This document shows, piece by piece, positions 1-10,900 of a DNA stretch of 64,000 bases. The translations under genes and the position numbers were made by a program. The DNA comes from Gemmatimonadota bacterium (GTDB lineage: Bacteria > Gemmatimonadota > Gemmatimonadetes > Gemmatimonadales > Gemmatimonadaceae). The notes under the pieces were generated by a model. It was not told the DNA's origin and made no database searches. It saw only the letters and a program-made list of their open reading frames with translations. The stretch covers positions 32,001-96,000 of the forward strand of contig JANMLN010000054.1 of assembly GCA_031372565.1 (NCBI GenBank), read 5' to 3'. The stretch's first letter is position 1. Every line of letters begins with the position of its first letter.

Positions 1-598
1 CGCGTGGATCGATGTGCGCCTTGACCAGCGTCTTCACTCCTTCGTCGTCGGCCTGCGCTTCGTCCTGGCGGCTGAAGCTGGCGAAGAGCGCGCTCCCGCC
101 GACGTTGATCGCGGCCTGCCCCGCGGAACTCTCGCACACCTTGGTGAGGGTGCAGAGCGCCACCAGGCCGCCGTTCACGCCTTGCGACTGCTGCATCTGC
201 TGCACCGTGTGCCGCAGCGTCACGTGGCCGATCTCGTGGCCCATCACCCCCGCGAGCTGGTCCATCGTCGTCACGCGCTCGATGAGTCCGCGGTTGACGT
301 AGATCCATCCGCCCGGGACCGCGAAGGCGTTCACTTCCTTGGAGTCCACGACGGCGAAGTGCCACGCGAGCTGGCGCGCATCGGTCAACGACGCGAGCTG
401 GTTGCCGAGCGAATTGATGTAGCGGTTCACCTCGGCGTCGCGCACGATCGGCAGCTGCGAGTCGATCTGCGCGGCATACGAGCTGCCCATCGCCACTTCC
501 TGCTGCTGCGAGATGGCGCAGCCGGCGGCGGTCAGCAGTCCCGCGCCGACGAGGACGAAGCGCAGGTTGGCGCCGAGCATGGGGGCGGAGCGACGCAT
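1..598 (-). CDS. M48 family zinc metallopeptidase, lipoprotein (3' end outside window)
   Basis: Not in ORF track. Manual translation MRRSAPMLGANLRFVLVGAGLLTAAGC...EVNAFAVPGGWIYVNRGLI...LAGVMGHEIGHV shows a lipobox, the NAFA-PGG motif and HExxH. Confidence 0.9.
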   Translation of the reverse strand, partial: MRRSAPMLGANLRFVLVGAGLLTAAGCAISQQQEVAMGSSYAAQIDSQLPIVRDAEVNRYINSLGNQLASLTDARQLAWHFAVVDSKEVNAFAVPGGWIYVNRGLIERVTTMDQLAGVMGHEIGHVTLRHTVQQMQQSQGVNGGLVALCTLTKVCESSAGQAAINVGGSALFASFSRQDEAQADDEGVKTLVKAHIDPR

Positions 599-766
599 CG
601 TCGGGAGCGAAGGAGGTGAGCACGGCAGGCCGGACGGGCGCCGGTCATCCGTGCAGGTTAGGCTCGCTCGTCAGACGCGACCACCGCGCAAACGGCGTAC
701 GCCGATTGACGGGGAGTCGGGGCTGATGCTGTCGCCGGCGCGCGGGCCGCCGGCGGATCCGGCCTC

Positions 767-1228
767 CTATCGACCGAACGACGAGTGCCGCGCGAAGTAC
801 GACAGCACCCCGATGAGCAGTAGCACGCCGATGCCCAGAAAGAGGACGCTGACGTTGCCTTCGCCGGGCTCCAGCACCGCCTCGTCCGGGTCGTCCGGGT
901 CGTAGTACACCTTCACGGGCGTCCCCTTGGGGTATCGCAGCACCCAGCGCAGGGCCCGGCTCGAGTCGCTCGAGCCGAACTCGGCCTCGAAGCTCATGCG
1001 CGTCCCGATGCGCTCGTGGCCCACGTGGTACCGGTAGCGCACGGCGGCCCGCGCGTAGGACTCGCGCCTGCTGACGCGCACCGCCTCGGTCTCGGACGAG
1101 AGCACCTCGCCCGTCACGGAGCGCCAGGCGCGTGCCTTCCGCCCGCGTATCACGCTCCTCGCCCCCGAGCGGGTGAAGGCAAGGCCGATCACGGCGATGC
1201 CCGCAGCGACGAGGTCCGCATTGGTCAT
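767..1228 (-). CDS. DUF3592-like membrane protein
   Basis: N- and C-terminal TM segments around W..V.G.V..S, VRYRY.V and YPKG..V.VYYDP..P.EAVLE motifs. Confidence 0.8.
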   Translation of the reverse strand: MTNADLVAAGIAVIGLAFTRSGARSVIRGRKARAWRSVTGEVLSSETEAVRVSRRESYARAAVRYRYHVGHERIGTRMSFEAEFGSSDSSRALRWVLRYPKGTPVKVYYDPDDPDEAVLEPGEGNVSVLFLGIGVLLLIGVLSYFARHSSFGR

Positions 1229-1288
1229 CGCCTACCATGGCGCGGCCCGGTCGGATTCGCAACCAGCGCGTGGGCCGCCCCGGGCGGC

Positions 1289-1440
1289 GCCCGCCTGGAC
1301 GGCCGCGTCGACTGGCTCGAGGCTCACGACAAACTCACGGAGGGCGCCACCATGGACGCCGCCTGCGTCTCCGCCTTTCTCACGACCATCATTGCTACGT
1401 CATGGGCGCGGGCACGTACGAGACCGCACTCGGCTTCGAG
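1289..1440 (+). pseudogene. Frameshifted fragment of a DHFR/RibD-C-terminal family protein
   Basis: ARLDGRVDWLEAHDKLTEGATMDAACVSAFLTTI, then a frame change at ~1391 into CYVMGAGTYETALGFE. No start or C-terminal half. Confidence 0.65.
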
Positions 1441-1601
1441 TCCAGAACGGCCTGCCGCAAACCATGGCTGAGTTCGATTGGGAAAACCTCGTCACGCTCG
1501 AGAGCATCGAGCGCGTCGAGGTCTACTCGGCAGCCAACGTCCCGTTCCAGTTCCGACCCAGCGGCAGCAGTTGCGGCAGCGTGCTCAGCTGGACGACGAA
1601 G
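1440..1601 (+). pseudogene. Relic of a C-terminal TonB plug-like domain
   Basis: LVTLESIERVEVYSAANVPFQFRPSGSSCGSVLSWTTK resembles the IE.VEVY...P..F....CG...WT ending of plug-like domains. No upstream gene body. Confidence 0.5.
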
Positions 1602-1630
1602 GACCGCTACGCGCCCCCCCCGCACGCGCG

Positions 1631-2983
1631 CTATCGGCGGACTTGCTGCGTCACCCAGTCCGCCATCGCGTCGAAGTAGCCGGGGGCATAGCGTGTTCGC
1701 ACCCGTCGGCCAGCGCGGATCGCGAACTCGATGATCCCGTGGTCCGCGCCCGGAAAGATGCGCGTCGTCACCGGCTTCCCCTCCCGTTCCAGTCGCGCGA
1801 GCACCGCGATCGTCGGCCCGGTCGGCGCCTCGATGTCCTCGCCGCCGAGGAGCCAGAGCATCGGGATGTCGAGCGCCTCGAGCGTCGGCACGGGATCGTA
1901 GAACGGATCGATGAAGGTCTCGAACATCTTCGGCACGACGACCTTGGCTTGGGCCAGGCCCATCTTGAGCATCGAGCCGGCCCACGTTTCCATCTGCGGC
2001 AGCTCGGCGAGCCAGCGGCGGTCCCGGTACTGAGCCAGCTTCGACTCGATCTCGCCCCATCCATCCGCGAACTTGTGCTCGGCCGAGCGGTGGATCGATG
2101 CGTTGAGTTCCTCGAACTCGCGCACGTCCTGATCGCCGAAGCCACGCTCCCGCAACTTGAGCGGCGCCTCCAGGCGGTCCTCTTCCGATACTGACATCGC
2201 CATGCCGTATCCCACGAGCACGAATCGTACGCGGGGATCCTTGCGCGCCGCCAGCGGTGCTACCCATCCGCCCTGGCTGTAGCCGGCCAGCCCGATGCGC
2301 GTCGGGTCGAGCGTGGCGTGCGTGCGAAGCAGGCGCGTCGCGGCGGCGACGTCATCGGAGAGCGTGCTGAAGAGCTGCAGGTACTGCCCGCCGGAGCGCC
2401 CCGTGCCGCGCTTGTCGAAGACGAACATCGCCACCCCGTGCGCGGCGAAGAAGTACGGATCCCAGAGCCGATCCACCGACGCGGTGGCATCCGATCCGTG
2501 TACATAGACGACGACCGGCCACGGACCCGCCCCCGCCGGACGGACCAGCTTGCCGAAGAGCGACACGCCACCGCTCGTGAAGCGCACCGTGTCCTCCTCG
2601 AACGAGACCCGGACGCCGCGACGCGGCGGCTGGTCGGGCGCGCGCACCTCGAGCGTCGTCACTCCACGCGTCGTGGTCTGACTCGCGTAGCGCCAGTCTG
2701 CCGGAGCGGAGCCGCTCCACGCTGAAGAGGACTGGAATCGCGTGGAGTCGTTCTGGCGCAGCTGGTGCGCGGCGCCACTCGCGAAGTCGACGTAACGCCA
2801 TCCGGTGTCGCTGGCATCGGCGCGATAGAGTGCCGCGATCCGGCCGTCGGGAAACCGGTACGCACCCGCCAGCTGCGGCGCCGATGCTGGCCCCCACTGC
2901 CCCTGTGCCAGGGTGGCGCGCGCCATCAACAGCGTGAGGAGCACGAGCGAGCGCGTCGGGCAGGACTTCGCGAGCTGGAACAT
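1631..2983 (-). CDS. Exported alpha/beta hydrolase (S9/S15-like peptidase or esterase)
   Basis: Signal peptide; PVVVYVHGS, FDKRGTGRS, nucleophile GYSQGG, GGED acid, GADH histidine. Start chosen after a GGGAG RBS. Confidence 0.85.
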   Translation of the reverse strand: MFQLAKSCPTRSLVLLTLLMARATLAQGQWGPASAPQLAGAYRFPDGRIAALYRADASDTGWRYVDFASGAAHQLRQNDSTRFQSSSAWSGSAPADWRYASQTTTRGVTTLEVRAPDQPPRRGVRVSFEEDTVRFTSGGVSLFGKLVRPAGAGPWPVVVYVHGSDATASVDRLWDPYFFAAHGVAMFVFDKRGTGRSGGQYLQLFSTLSDDVAAATRLLRTHATLDPTRIGLAGYSQGGWVAPLAARKDPRVRFVLVGYGMAMSVSEEDRLEAPLKLRERGFGDQDVREFEELNASIHRSAEHKFADGWGEIESKLAQYRDRRWLAELPQMETWAGSMLKMGLAQAKVVVPKMFETFIDPFYDPVPTLEALDIPMLWLLGGEDIEAPTGPTIAVLARLEREGKPVTTRIFPGADHGIIEFAIRAGRRVRTRYAPGYFDAMADWVTQQVRR

Positions 2984-3229
2984 CGGCATCTCCCGGAGAA
3001 GCAAGGGATGCCATCCGTACGCAGACGTCGCACCGGAGATTCAGGATGGTGCGCGATCGCCTGGCGTCCCCGCGCGCGGACAGTGCGCCGTGAGGGCGCG
3101 AAACTCCGTCGTCCTCGTCGTGCTCGACGAGCGCCTCGATCGCCGGCTGGTTGGCGGGCTCGGGGGCTGAGGCGCGGGGCGCCCGCACTTCCCGACGCCC
3201 CGTCGGCGCGCACATAGCTTCCGGAGGAC

Positions 3230-4870
3230 ATGATCGAAAGCCTCCGCGCGAGTCCGCTGCTGCTGCTCTTCGCCGTCGCCGCGATCGGCTACCCGCTCGG
3301 TCGCCTGCGCATCGGGCGCAGCAGCCTCGGCATCGCGGCCGTGCTCTTCGTCGGCCTCGCGTTCGGCGCGCTCGACCCCGCGCTGCAGTTGCCGGAGATG
3401 GTCTACCAGCTCGGCCTCGTGCTCTTCGTCTACACGGTCGGCCCCAGCAGCGGCCCCGCCTTCTTCGACGCCCTGCGCCGCAAGGGAGCCCGGGACAACC
3501 TGTTCGTGGTCGTGATGCTCCTCGTCGCCGCCCTGCTCACGATCGCATCGCACCAGGCACTCGGGCTCGGCGCCGGACAGACCGCGGGTCTCTTCACCGG
3601 CGCCCTCACGAACACGCCCGCGCTCGCCGCCGTGCTCGAGTATCTCAAGCTGAACGCGGCACCGGGGCTCGGCCGGGAGTCGCTCGACTCCCCCATCGTC
3701 GGCTACTCGATCGCGTACCCGATCGGCGTGCTCGGCGTGATCACCGCGATCGCGGTCGCGCAGCGGCTCTGGCGCGTGGACTACCGGCGTGAGGCGCATG
3801 CGCTGCGCGACCTGGGCGCCACGCGGGCGCCGCTGGTGAGCCGCACCATCCGCGTCGTGCGGCGCGACGGGCGGACCGAATCCGCCGCCGCACTCGCGAA
3901 GCGGAGCGACTGGCACGTCCGGCTCGTCCGCCTGCAGCGAGGGGGCGAGCTCTCGCTCGTCGACGAGGGCACGGTCCTCCGCGACGGCGATCGCGTCAGC
4001 ACGGTCGGCGAGGTCGACGACATCGACCGGCTCACGGCGTTCCTCGGAGTCGAGGAGGACAACGCGCTCGAACTCGACCGCGGCACGCTCGACTTCCGGC
4101 GCGTCTTCGTCTCGGCGCCACGCGTGCTTGCCCGCCGCATCGGTGATCTCGACCTGCGGCGGCGGTTCGGCGCGACCGTGACGCGCGTGCGCCGCGGCGA
4201 CGTCGACTTCCTCGCGACCGACGACACCGTGCTGGAGCCGGGCGACCGCGTGCGCGTCGTCGCACCGCGCGACCGGATCGAGCAGCTCAACGAGTTCTTC
4301 CGCGACTCGTATCGCCACCTGAGCGAGATCGACGTCCTCACGTTCAGTCTCGGGCTCGTCGGCGGGCTGCTGCTCGGTCTCCTCCCCGTGCCGCTCCCCG
4401 GCGGCGGCGCCTTCCGCCTCGGCATCGCCGGCGGACCGCTCCTCGTCGCGCTCGTCGTGAGCAAGCTCGACCGCACCGGGCATCTGGTGTGGAGCCTCCC
4501 GTACGGCGCCAACATCACGCTGCGGCAGTTCGGCCTCCTGCTCTTCCTCGCCGGCATCGGCACGCGCGCCGGCGACGCCTTCCTCACGACGCTCCTGAGC
4601 CGCGGCGGCCTCGCGCTCCTCGCCGCGGGCTTCGCCATCACCGTGACGACCGCGGTGCTCACGCTGTTCATCGGCTACCGGCTGCTCAAGGTGCCGATGA
4701 GCCTGCTCGTCGGGATGCTCGCGGGGCTGCAGACGAATCCCGCGGTGCTGAGCTACGCGACCGAGCAGACGGGCAACGACGTGCCGAACGTCGGCTATGC
4801 GACGGTCTATCCCGTGGCGATGATCACCAAGATCATCCTCGCGCAGTTGCTGGTGGCGCTGCTCGCCTGA
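3230..4870 (+). CDS. AspT/YidE/YbjL family antiporter with TrkA-C domains
   Basis: Duplicated membrane halves (GALTNTPAL; AGLQTNPAVL...YATVYP) around two TrkA-C domains. GGAGG RBS. Confidence 0.9.
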   Translation: MIESLRASPLLLLFAVAAIGYPLGRLRIGRSSLGIAAVLFVGLAFGALDPALQLPEMVYQLGLVLFVYTVGPSSGPAFFDALRRKGARDNLFVVVMLLVAALLTIASHQALGLGAGQTAGLFTGALTNTPALAAVLEYLKLNAAPGLGRESLDSPIVGYSIAYPIGVLGVITAIAVAQRLWRVDYRREAHALRDLGATRAPLVSRTIRVVRRDGRTESAAALAKRSDWHVRLVRLQRGGELSLVDEGTVLRDGDRVSTVGEVDDIDRLTAFLGVEEDNALELDRGTLDFRRVFVSAPRVLARRIGDLDLRRRFGATVTRVRRGDVDFLATDDTVLEPGDRVRVVAPRDRIEQLNEFFRDSYRHLSEIDVLTFSLGLVGGLLLGLLPVPLPGGGAFRLGIAGGPLLVALVVSKLDRTGHLVWSLPYGANITLRQFGLLLFLAGIGTRAGDAFLTTLLSRGGLALLAAGFAITVTTAVLTLFIGYRLLKVPMSLLVGMLAGLQTNPAVLSYATEQTGNDVPNVGYATVYPVAMITKIILAQLLVALLA

Positions 4871-4996
4871 GCGCCGCCACCGCGCCGCGACCTCGACTGA
4901 TCCGGCGGTTTCCCCGTTCGGAGTGCGGCACGGTGTAAGCTTCGTCATGGCGATTCGCACGGGGACGCCCCCTCCCCTCAAACCGCCGTGGTCGGG

Positions 4997-7900
4997 ATGA
5001 ACACCCTCTTCTCACGGCGCGCGATCCCTCGGCGCCCGCCGCCGAGCGTGGAGGACGTGTACGCCGGCCCCATCCGCGGCGAGCTCCTCGGCGCCGAACG
5101 CCTCGCGGACCGCGCGCGGGGACTCGCGAAGGCACAGCAGGCGATCCACGAGCGGCGCAAGCGCCGCCTGCGCGAACCGCCCGCGCGATTGCTCATCCGG
5201 CTGGCGCAGACGCGCCGGATCCTCGAAGGCGCCGAAGTGCGCCTCACCGCCGCCGCTCAGCGCGGCACCGACATCGGTCCCGCCGGCGACTGGTTCCTCG
5301 ACAACTTCCACGTCGTGCGCGAGCACGCGAGCCAGGTGCATGAGAGCCTGCCGGAAGACTACTTCCGCGAACTCCCGATCCTCACGCACGGCACGCTCGC
5401 CGCGTATCCGCGGGTGTATGAGATCGCGATCACGCTGATCTCGCACGCGGAGGCGCGCATCGACCTCGACAACGTCGATGTCTTCGTCGGCGCCTTCCAG
5501 GAGCGCCTTGTCCTCTCGCTCGGCGAACTCTGGGCGGTGCCGGCGATGCTGCGGCTCGGCCTCATCGAGAGCGTGCGCCGGATGACGCTCCGGACGCTCG
5601 AGCGGCTCGACGAGATCGAGGCGGCCGACAAGTGGACCGCACACATCCTCTCGCGATCGGCGCTCGGACAGGACGCGATGCGCGGCGCGATCGCCGAGTT
5701 CGTCGAGGAACGGCACGTGCTCACCCCGACCTTCGTCTCGCGGTTGCTGCAACAGTTGCGTGCCTCGGCCGGGGCGGTGCCGCCGCTGGTGGGGATCGAG
5801 CAGTGGTTCGCCGAGGAGGGGTTCGGCCCCACCGAGGCCGCCACGCGCGCCGCCGAACGGCTCGCGATGACGACGCACGTGATGGCGAACAGCATCATGA
5901 GCTTGCGGAGCATCGGCCCGCGCGACTGGAGCCGCTTCGTGGAGCGCCAGAGCGCGGTGGAGCGCGAGCTGCGCGGCGATCCGTCGGGCGACTATCCGCA
6001 CATGACCTTCGCCACGCGCGACACCTACCGGCACGCGGTCGAACGGATGGCGAAGCACGCCGGCGCCACCGAGGTGCAGGTGGCCCAGCGCGCGGTCGCG
6101 CACGCGCGCGGCTTCGCGGACGACCCGCGATTGAGCCACGTGGGCTACTGGCTCGTCGATCGTGGCGTGGGGGCCTTCGAGGCCACCATCGGGTACGCCG
6201 CGCCGCGCCCGTTGCGGGTGCGGCGCTGGCTGCGCCGGCAGCCCAATCTCGTCTACACCTCGGCGATCGCGTCGGGAACGCTGGTCGCGCTCGGGCTGCT
6301 GCAGTGGGCCGCGGGCGCCGAGGCGCGCACGTCGTGGATCGTGGTGTCGGTGGTGGGGCTGCTGCTGGCGTTCGACATCGCGGTGAGCCTGATGACGCAG
6401 GCGGTGACGGCGTTCCTGCCGCCGCGCCTGCTCCCGCGGCTCGACTTCACGCAGGTGGGGATCCCCGCGGGATGTCGCACCGCGGTGGTGGTGCCGACGC
6501 TGGTGGCGAACATCCCCGAGGTGGAGGCCGCGCTCTCGGGACTCGAGGTGCAGTTCCTGGCCAATCGCCGGTCGCACCTGCACTACGCGCTGCTGAGCGA
6601 CTACGCCGACGCGGCGACCGAGACCTGCCCCGACGACGCGGCGATCCTCGCGGCCGCGGTGCGCGGCGTGGAGGCGCTCAACGACCGCTACGCGCCGGTC
6701 ACGCGCGACGCGTTCTATCTGTTCCACCGCGACCGGCAGTGGAACGAGAGTCAGGGCGTCTGGATGGGCTGGGAGCGCAAGCGGGGCAAGCTCGCGCAGT
6801 TCAACCGCTTCCTCCGTGGCACGGCCAACGGTGCGTTCGCGGTGACGGTCGGCAGCGTCGAGGTCCTGCGGCAGGTGAAGTACGTGATCACGCTCGACGC
6901 CGACACCGTGCTGCCGCCGGACGAGGCGCTCGCGCTTGTCGGGGCGATCGCGCACCCGCTCAACCGCGCGGTGTTCGACCCGGTGAAGAGCCGCGTCGTC
7001 GAGGGCTACGGCATCCTGCAGCCGCGCGTGAACGTCTCGCTCGCGAGCGCCCAGCGGTCGCGCTTCGCGGCGATCCACTCGGGGCATCCGGGCGTCGATC
7101 CCTACACCACCGCCGTCTCCGACGTCTACCAGGACCTGTACGGCGAGGGGAGCTACACCGGCAAGGGCATCTACGACGTCGATGTCTTCGAGACGGCGAC
7201 GCACGGCCGGTTCCCCGAGAACACGCTGCTCTCGCACGACCTGATCGAGGGCAACTATGCGCGTGCGGGGCTCGTCACGGACATCATGCTGTTCGACGAC
7301 TATCCGGCGCGCTACCTCACCTTCTGGCGTCGGCGCCACCGCTGGATCCGGGGCGACTGGCAGCTGCTGCGCTGGCTCACGCGCACGGTGCCGGGGCCGG
7401 CCGGCCCGGAGCGGAACCGGCTCTCGTTCCTGGCGCGCTGGAAGATCCTCGACAACCTGCGCCGCAGCACGGTGGAGATGGCGCAGCTCGTCTTCCTGCT
7501 CGCCGGCTGGCTCCATCTCACGGGCACGTCGCTGCGCTGGACGGCGCTGGGCCTGCTCGCCGTCGCCGCGCCGTGGATCATCGCGCTGACGATCGCGGTG
7601 GTGAAGCCCGCCCGGGACAAGTCGCTCCGCGCCTACTACGGGGCGGTCTGGCGCGACGCGGTGACGAGCGCCGAGCAGTTCGGGCTCACGATCGTCTTCC
7701 TGCCGCAGCAGGCCTGGCTCGCGGCCGACGCGATCGCGCGCACGCTCTGGCGACTCGCGGTCTCGCGCCGGTCACTCCTCGAGTGGCAACCGGCCGCGCT
7801 CGCAGAGAAGGCGACGCTGCACTCGTTGGGGCTCGCCTGGCGGACGATGTGGCCGGCGGCGCTCACGCCGGTGCTGTTCTTCGCCTTCGTGGCGGGCCGC

Positions 7901-10900
7901 GCGATCGGTCCCGACGGGCCGCAGCCCATCGGCACGGTCGCGATGCTGGTCTCGCTCGGCCTGCTCGTGGCGCTCTGGGGAATGGCGCCGTTCATCGCCC
8001 ATTGGATGAGCCAGCCGCGCACGCCGCACGTGGCGCCCTTCTCCGACGCGGCGCGCGCGCGCGCGCTCGCCTATGCGCGCACGCACTGGGGCTTCTTCGC
8101 CCGGTTCGCCGACGCCTCCACCGCGTGGCTCGCCCCCGACAACGAGCAGGAGGACCCGACGCGCGTCATCGCGATGCGCACCTCGCCCACGAACATCGGC
8201 CTGCAGCTGCTCTCCACGGCGAGCGCGTACGACCTGGGGATCATCCCGATCGAGGAGATGACCGAGCGCCTCGAGCGCGCCTTCGGCTCGCTCGACCGGA
8301 TGGCACGATTCCGCGGGCACTTCCTCAACTGGTATTCGCTGCCCGACCTCGCCGTGCTCGACCCCGGCTACGTCTCCACGGTCGACAGCGGCAATCTTGC
8401 CGGGCACCTGATCGCCCTGCGGCAGGCCTGCTGCGGCTTCGCCGCCGGTGCGCTCGCCACGTCGCCCAAGCTCGCGTCGCGCCTCGAGCATCTCGCCGGA
8501 CGCATGGACACGATGGTGCTCGAGATGGATTTCGCCTTCCTCTTCGACGACACCACCAAGCTCTTCCGCATCGGCTTCAACACCGCCACGCACCAGCACG
8601 ACGAGTCGTCGTACGACCTGCTCGCCTCCGAGGCGCGCCTCGCGAGCTTCATCGCGATCGCCAAGCATGATGTCGCGCCCGAGCACTGGTTCAGGCTGGG
8701 GCGCATGCTCACGCTCGCGCACGGACGGGCCGCGCTCGTGTCGTGGAGCGGGTCGATGTTCGAGTACCTCATGCCGCTGCTGGTGATGCGCGCCTTCCCG
8801 CAGTCCCTCCTCGGGCTCACGTACGAGGGGGCGATCGAGCGGCAGGCGCGCTACGGCGCCAAGCGCGGCGTGCCGTGGGGGATCAGCGAGAGCACGTACA
8901 ACGTGCGCGACCGGCACCTCACGTACCAGTACCGCGCGTTCGGCGTCCCCGATCTCGCGCTGCAGCGCGGACTCGCGCGCGACCTCGTGGTGGCGCCGTA
9001 CGCCTCGGCCCTCGCGGTGATGGTCGATCCCGAGCGCGCGCTCGCCAACCTCGCGCGGCTCGAGGCGCTGGGCGCGCTCGGCGAGTTCGGCTTCTACGAT
9101 GCGCTCGACTACACCCGCCCCACCGATGACGAGTCGTACGCGACGGTGCGCACGCATATGGCCCACCACGTGGGGATGACGATCGTGGCCCTCGCCAACG
9201 CCTTGATGTCGCAGCGCTGGCAGGAGCGGTTCCACGCCGACCCGATGGTGCGCGCGGCGGCGCTGCTGCTCGACGAGCGCGTGCCGCGGCGGCTCGAGTT
9301 CCAGGAACCGCAGTTCGTCGCCACGGGGGTCTCCGCGCCCGATGCGCAGGTGGATCGGCCGGTCGTGCGCGAGTACGGCACCGTCGACACGCCGCGCCCG
9401 CATGTCGCGCTGCTGGGCCACGCCCCGATGACGGTCATGGTCACGCACGCTGGCGGCGGCTTCAGTCGGTTCGAAGGGCTCTCCGTCACCCGCTGGCGCT
9501 CCGACGGGACGCGCGACGACTCTGGGGAATTCTGCTACGTGAAGGACCTCGGCACCGGGCACACCTGGTCGTCGGGACACCAGCCCACCGGCACCATCGC
9601 CGAGAGCTATCGCGCCTCGCTCGCGACCGACCGCGTCACGATCCTCCGCACCGACGGTGCGCTCGAGACGCGCACCGAGATCGTCGTCGCCCCGGAAGAC
9701 GCCGCCGAGATCCGCCGGGTTACCGTCACCAACAACAGCGGCACCGTGCGCGAGGTGGAGCTCACGAGCTTCGGCGAGATCGTCCTCGCCCCGCGTGCCG
9801 CCGACCGCGTGCATCCGGCCTTCGGCAACCTCTTCGTCGAGACGGAGTGGCATGAGTGGTGCCACACCATCACCGCCACGCGCCGGCCGCGCTCGGCGGA
9901 GGAGGCGACCGTCTGGTGCGCGCACGTGGTCGACACCGGCAAGCACCGCGTCGGCGCCGTCACGTACGAGACCGATCGCGCGCGCTTCATCGGGCGCGGT
10001 CGCTCCACCCGGGAGCCCGCCGCCCTCCAACCGGGCGGCGAACTCTCCGGTACCACGGGCGCGGTGCTCGACCCCATCTTCGCCATCCGCGTGAAGGTGC
10101 GCCTCGAGCCGGGCGAGTCCGAGTCGGTCGCCTTCACCACCATCGTCGCCACGTCGCGCGAACGGATCTTCGCCCTCACCGATCTGTACCATGGCGCCCA
10201 CGCGGCCCGCCGCGCGCTCGACCTCGCCTGGACCTCCACGCAGATCGAGCTCCGCGAGCTGGGGATCTCCCCGGCCGACGCCGCCGCCTGCCAGGAACTC
10301 GCGGGCTACATCCTCTTCCCCGACAGCGTCACGCGCGCGCCGAGCCTCGGGCTCGCGCGCAACGACGGCTGGCAGCAGACGCTCTGGGCGCACGGCATCA
10401 GCGGCGACTGGCCGGTGGTGCTCGCGACGATCGACAGCGCCGAGGGGCTCGCGTCGCTGCAACCCCTGCTCACCGCGCACCGCTACTGGCGCCTGAGGGG
10501 GGTGAACGTGGACCTGCTCGTGGTGAGCAACGAGCCGCAGAGCTACCTGCAGGACCTCCGCGAACGGATCACCGCACTGTTGCTCGCCACCGACGGCTCG
10601 TCGATGCTCGACGCGTCGGGCGGGGTGCACCTCCGCAATCGCTCCGCGCTCGGCCCGGCGGACTTCGACACCATCTCGGCGGTCGCGCGGTTGAGCATCC
10701 CCTGCGATGGCCGCACGCTGGCGCGCATCGTGCGCGACGTCGAGCAGCTCACGGACGCACCGGAGTCGCCCTTCTCGGCGGAACCGATCGAGGCCATGTC
10801 GATCGAGAAGGAACGACGCCCCGCCGCGCACGCCACCGCGCTCACCCGCAGCACGGGCTCCTTCGAACGGCTGCAGTTCGAGAACGGGCGCGGCGGGCTC

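Noticed and set aside
655..662. Lone GTTAGGC core-like sequence
   Set aside because: No matching inverse core or attC-like arms found nearby.
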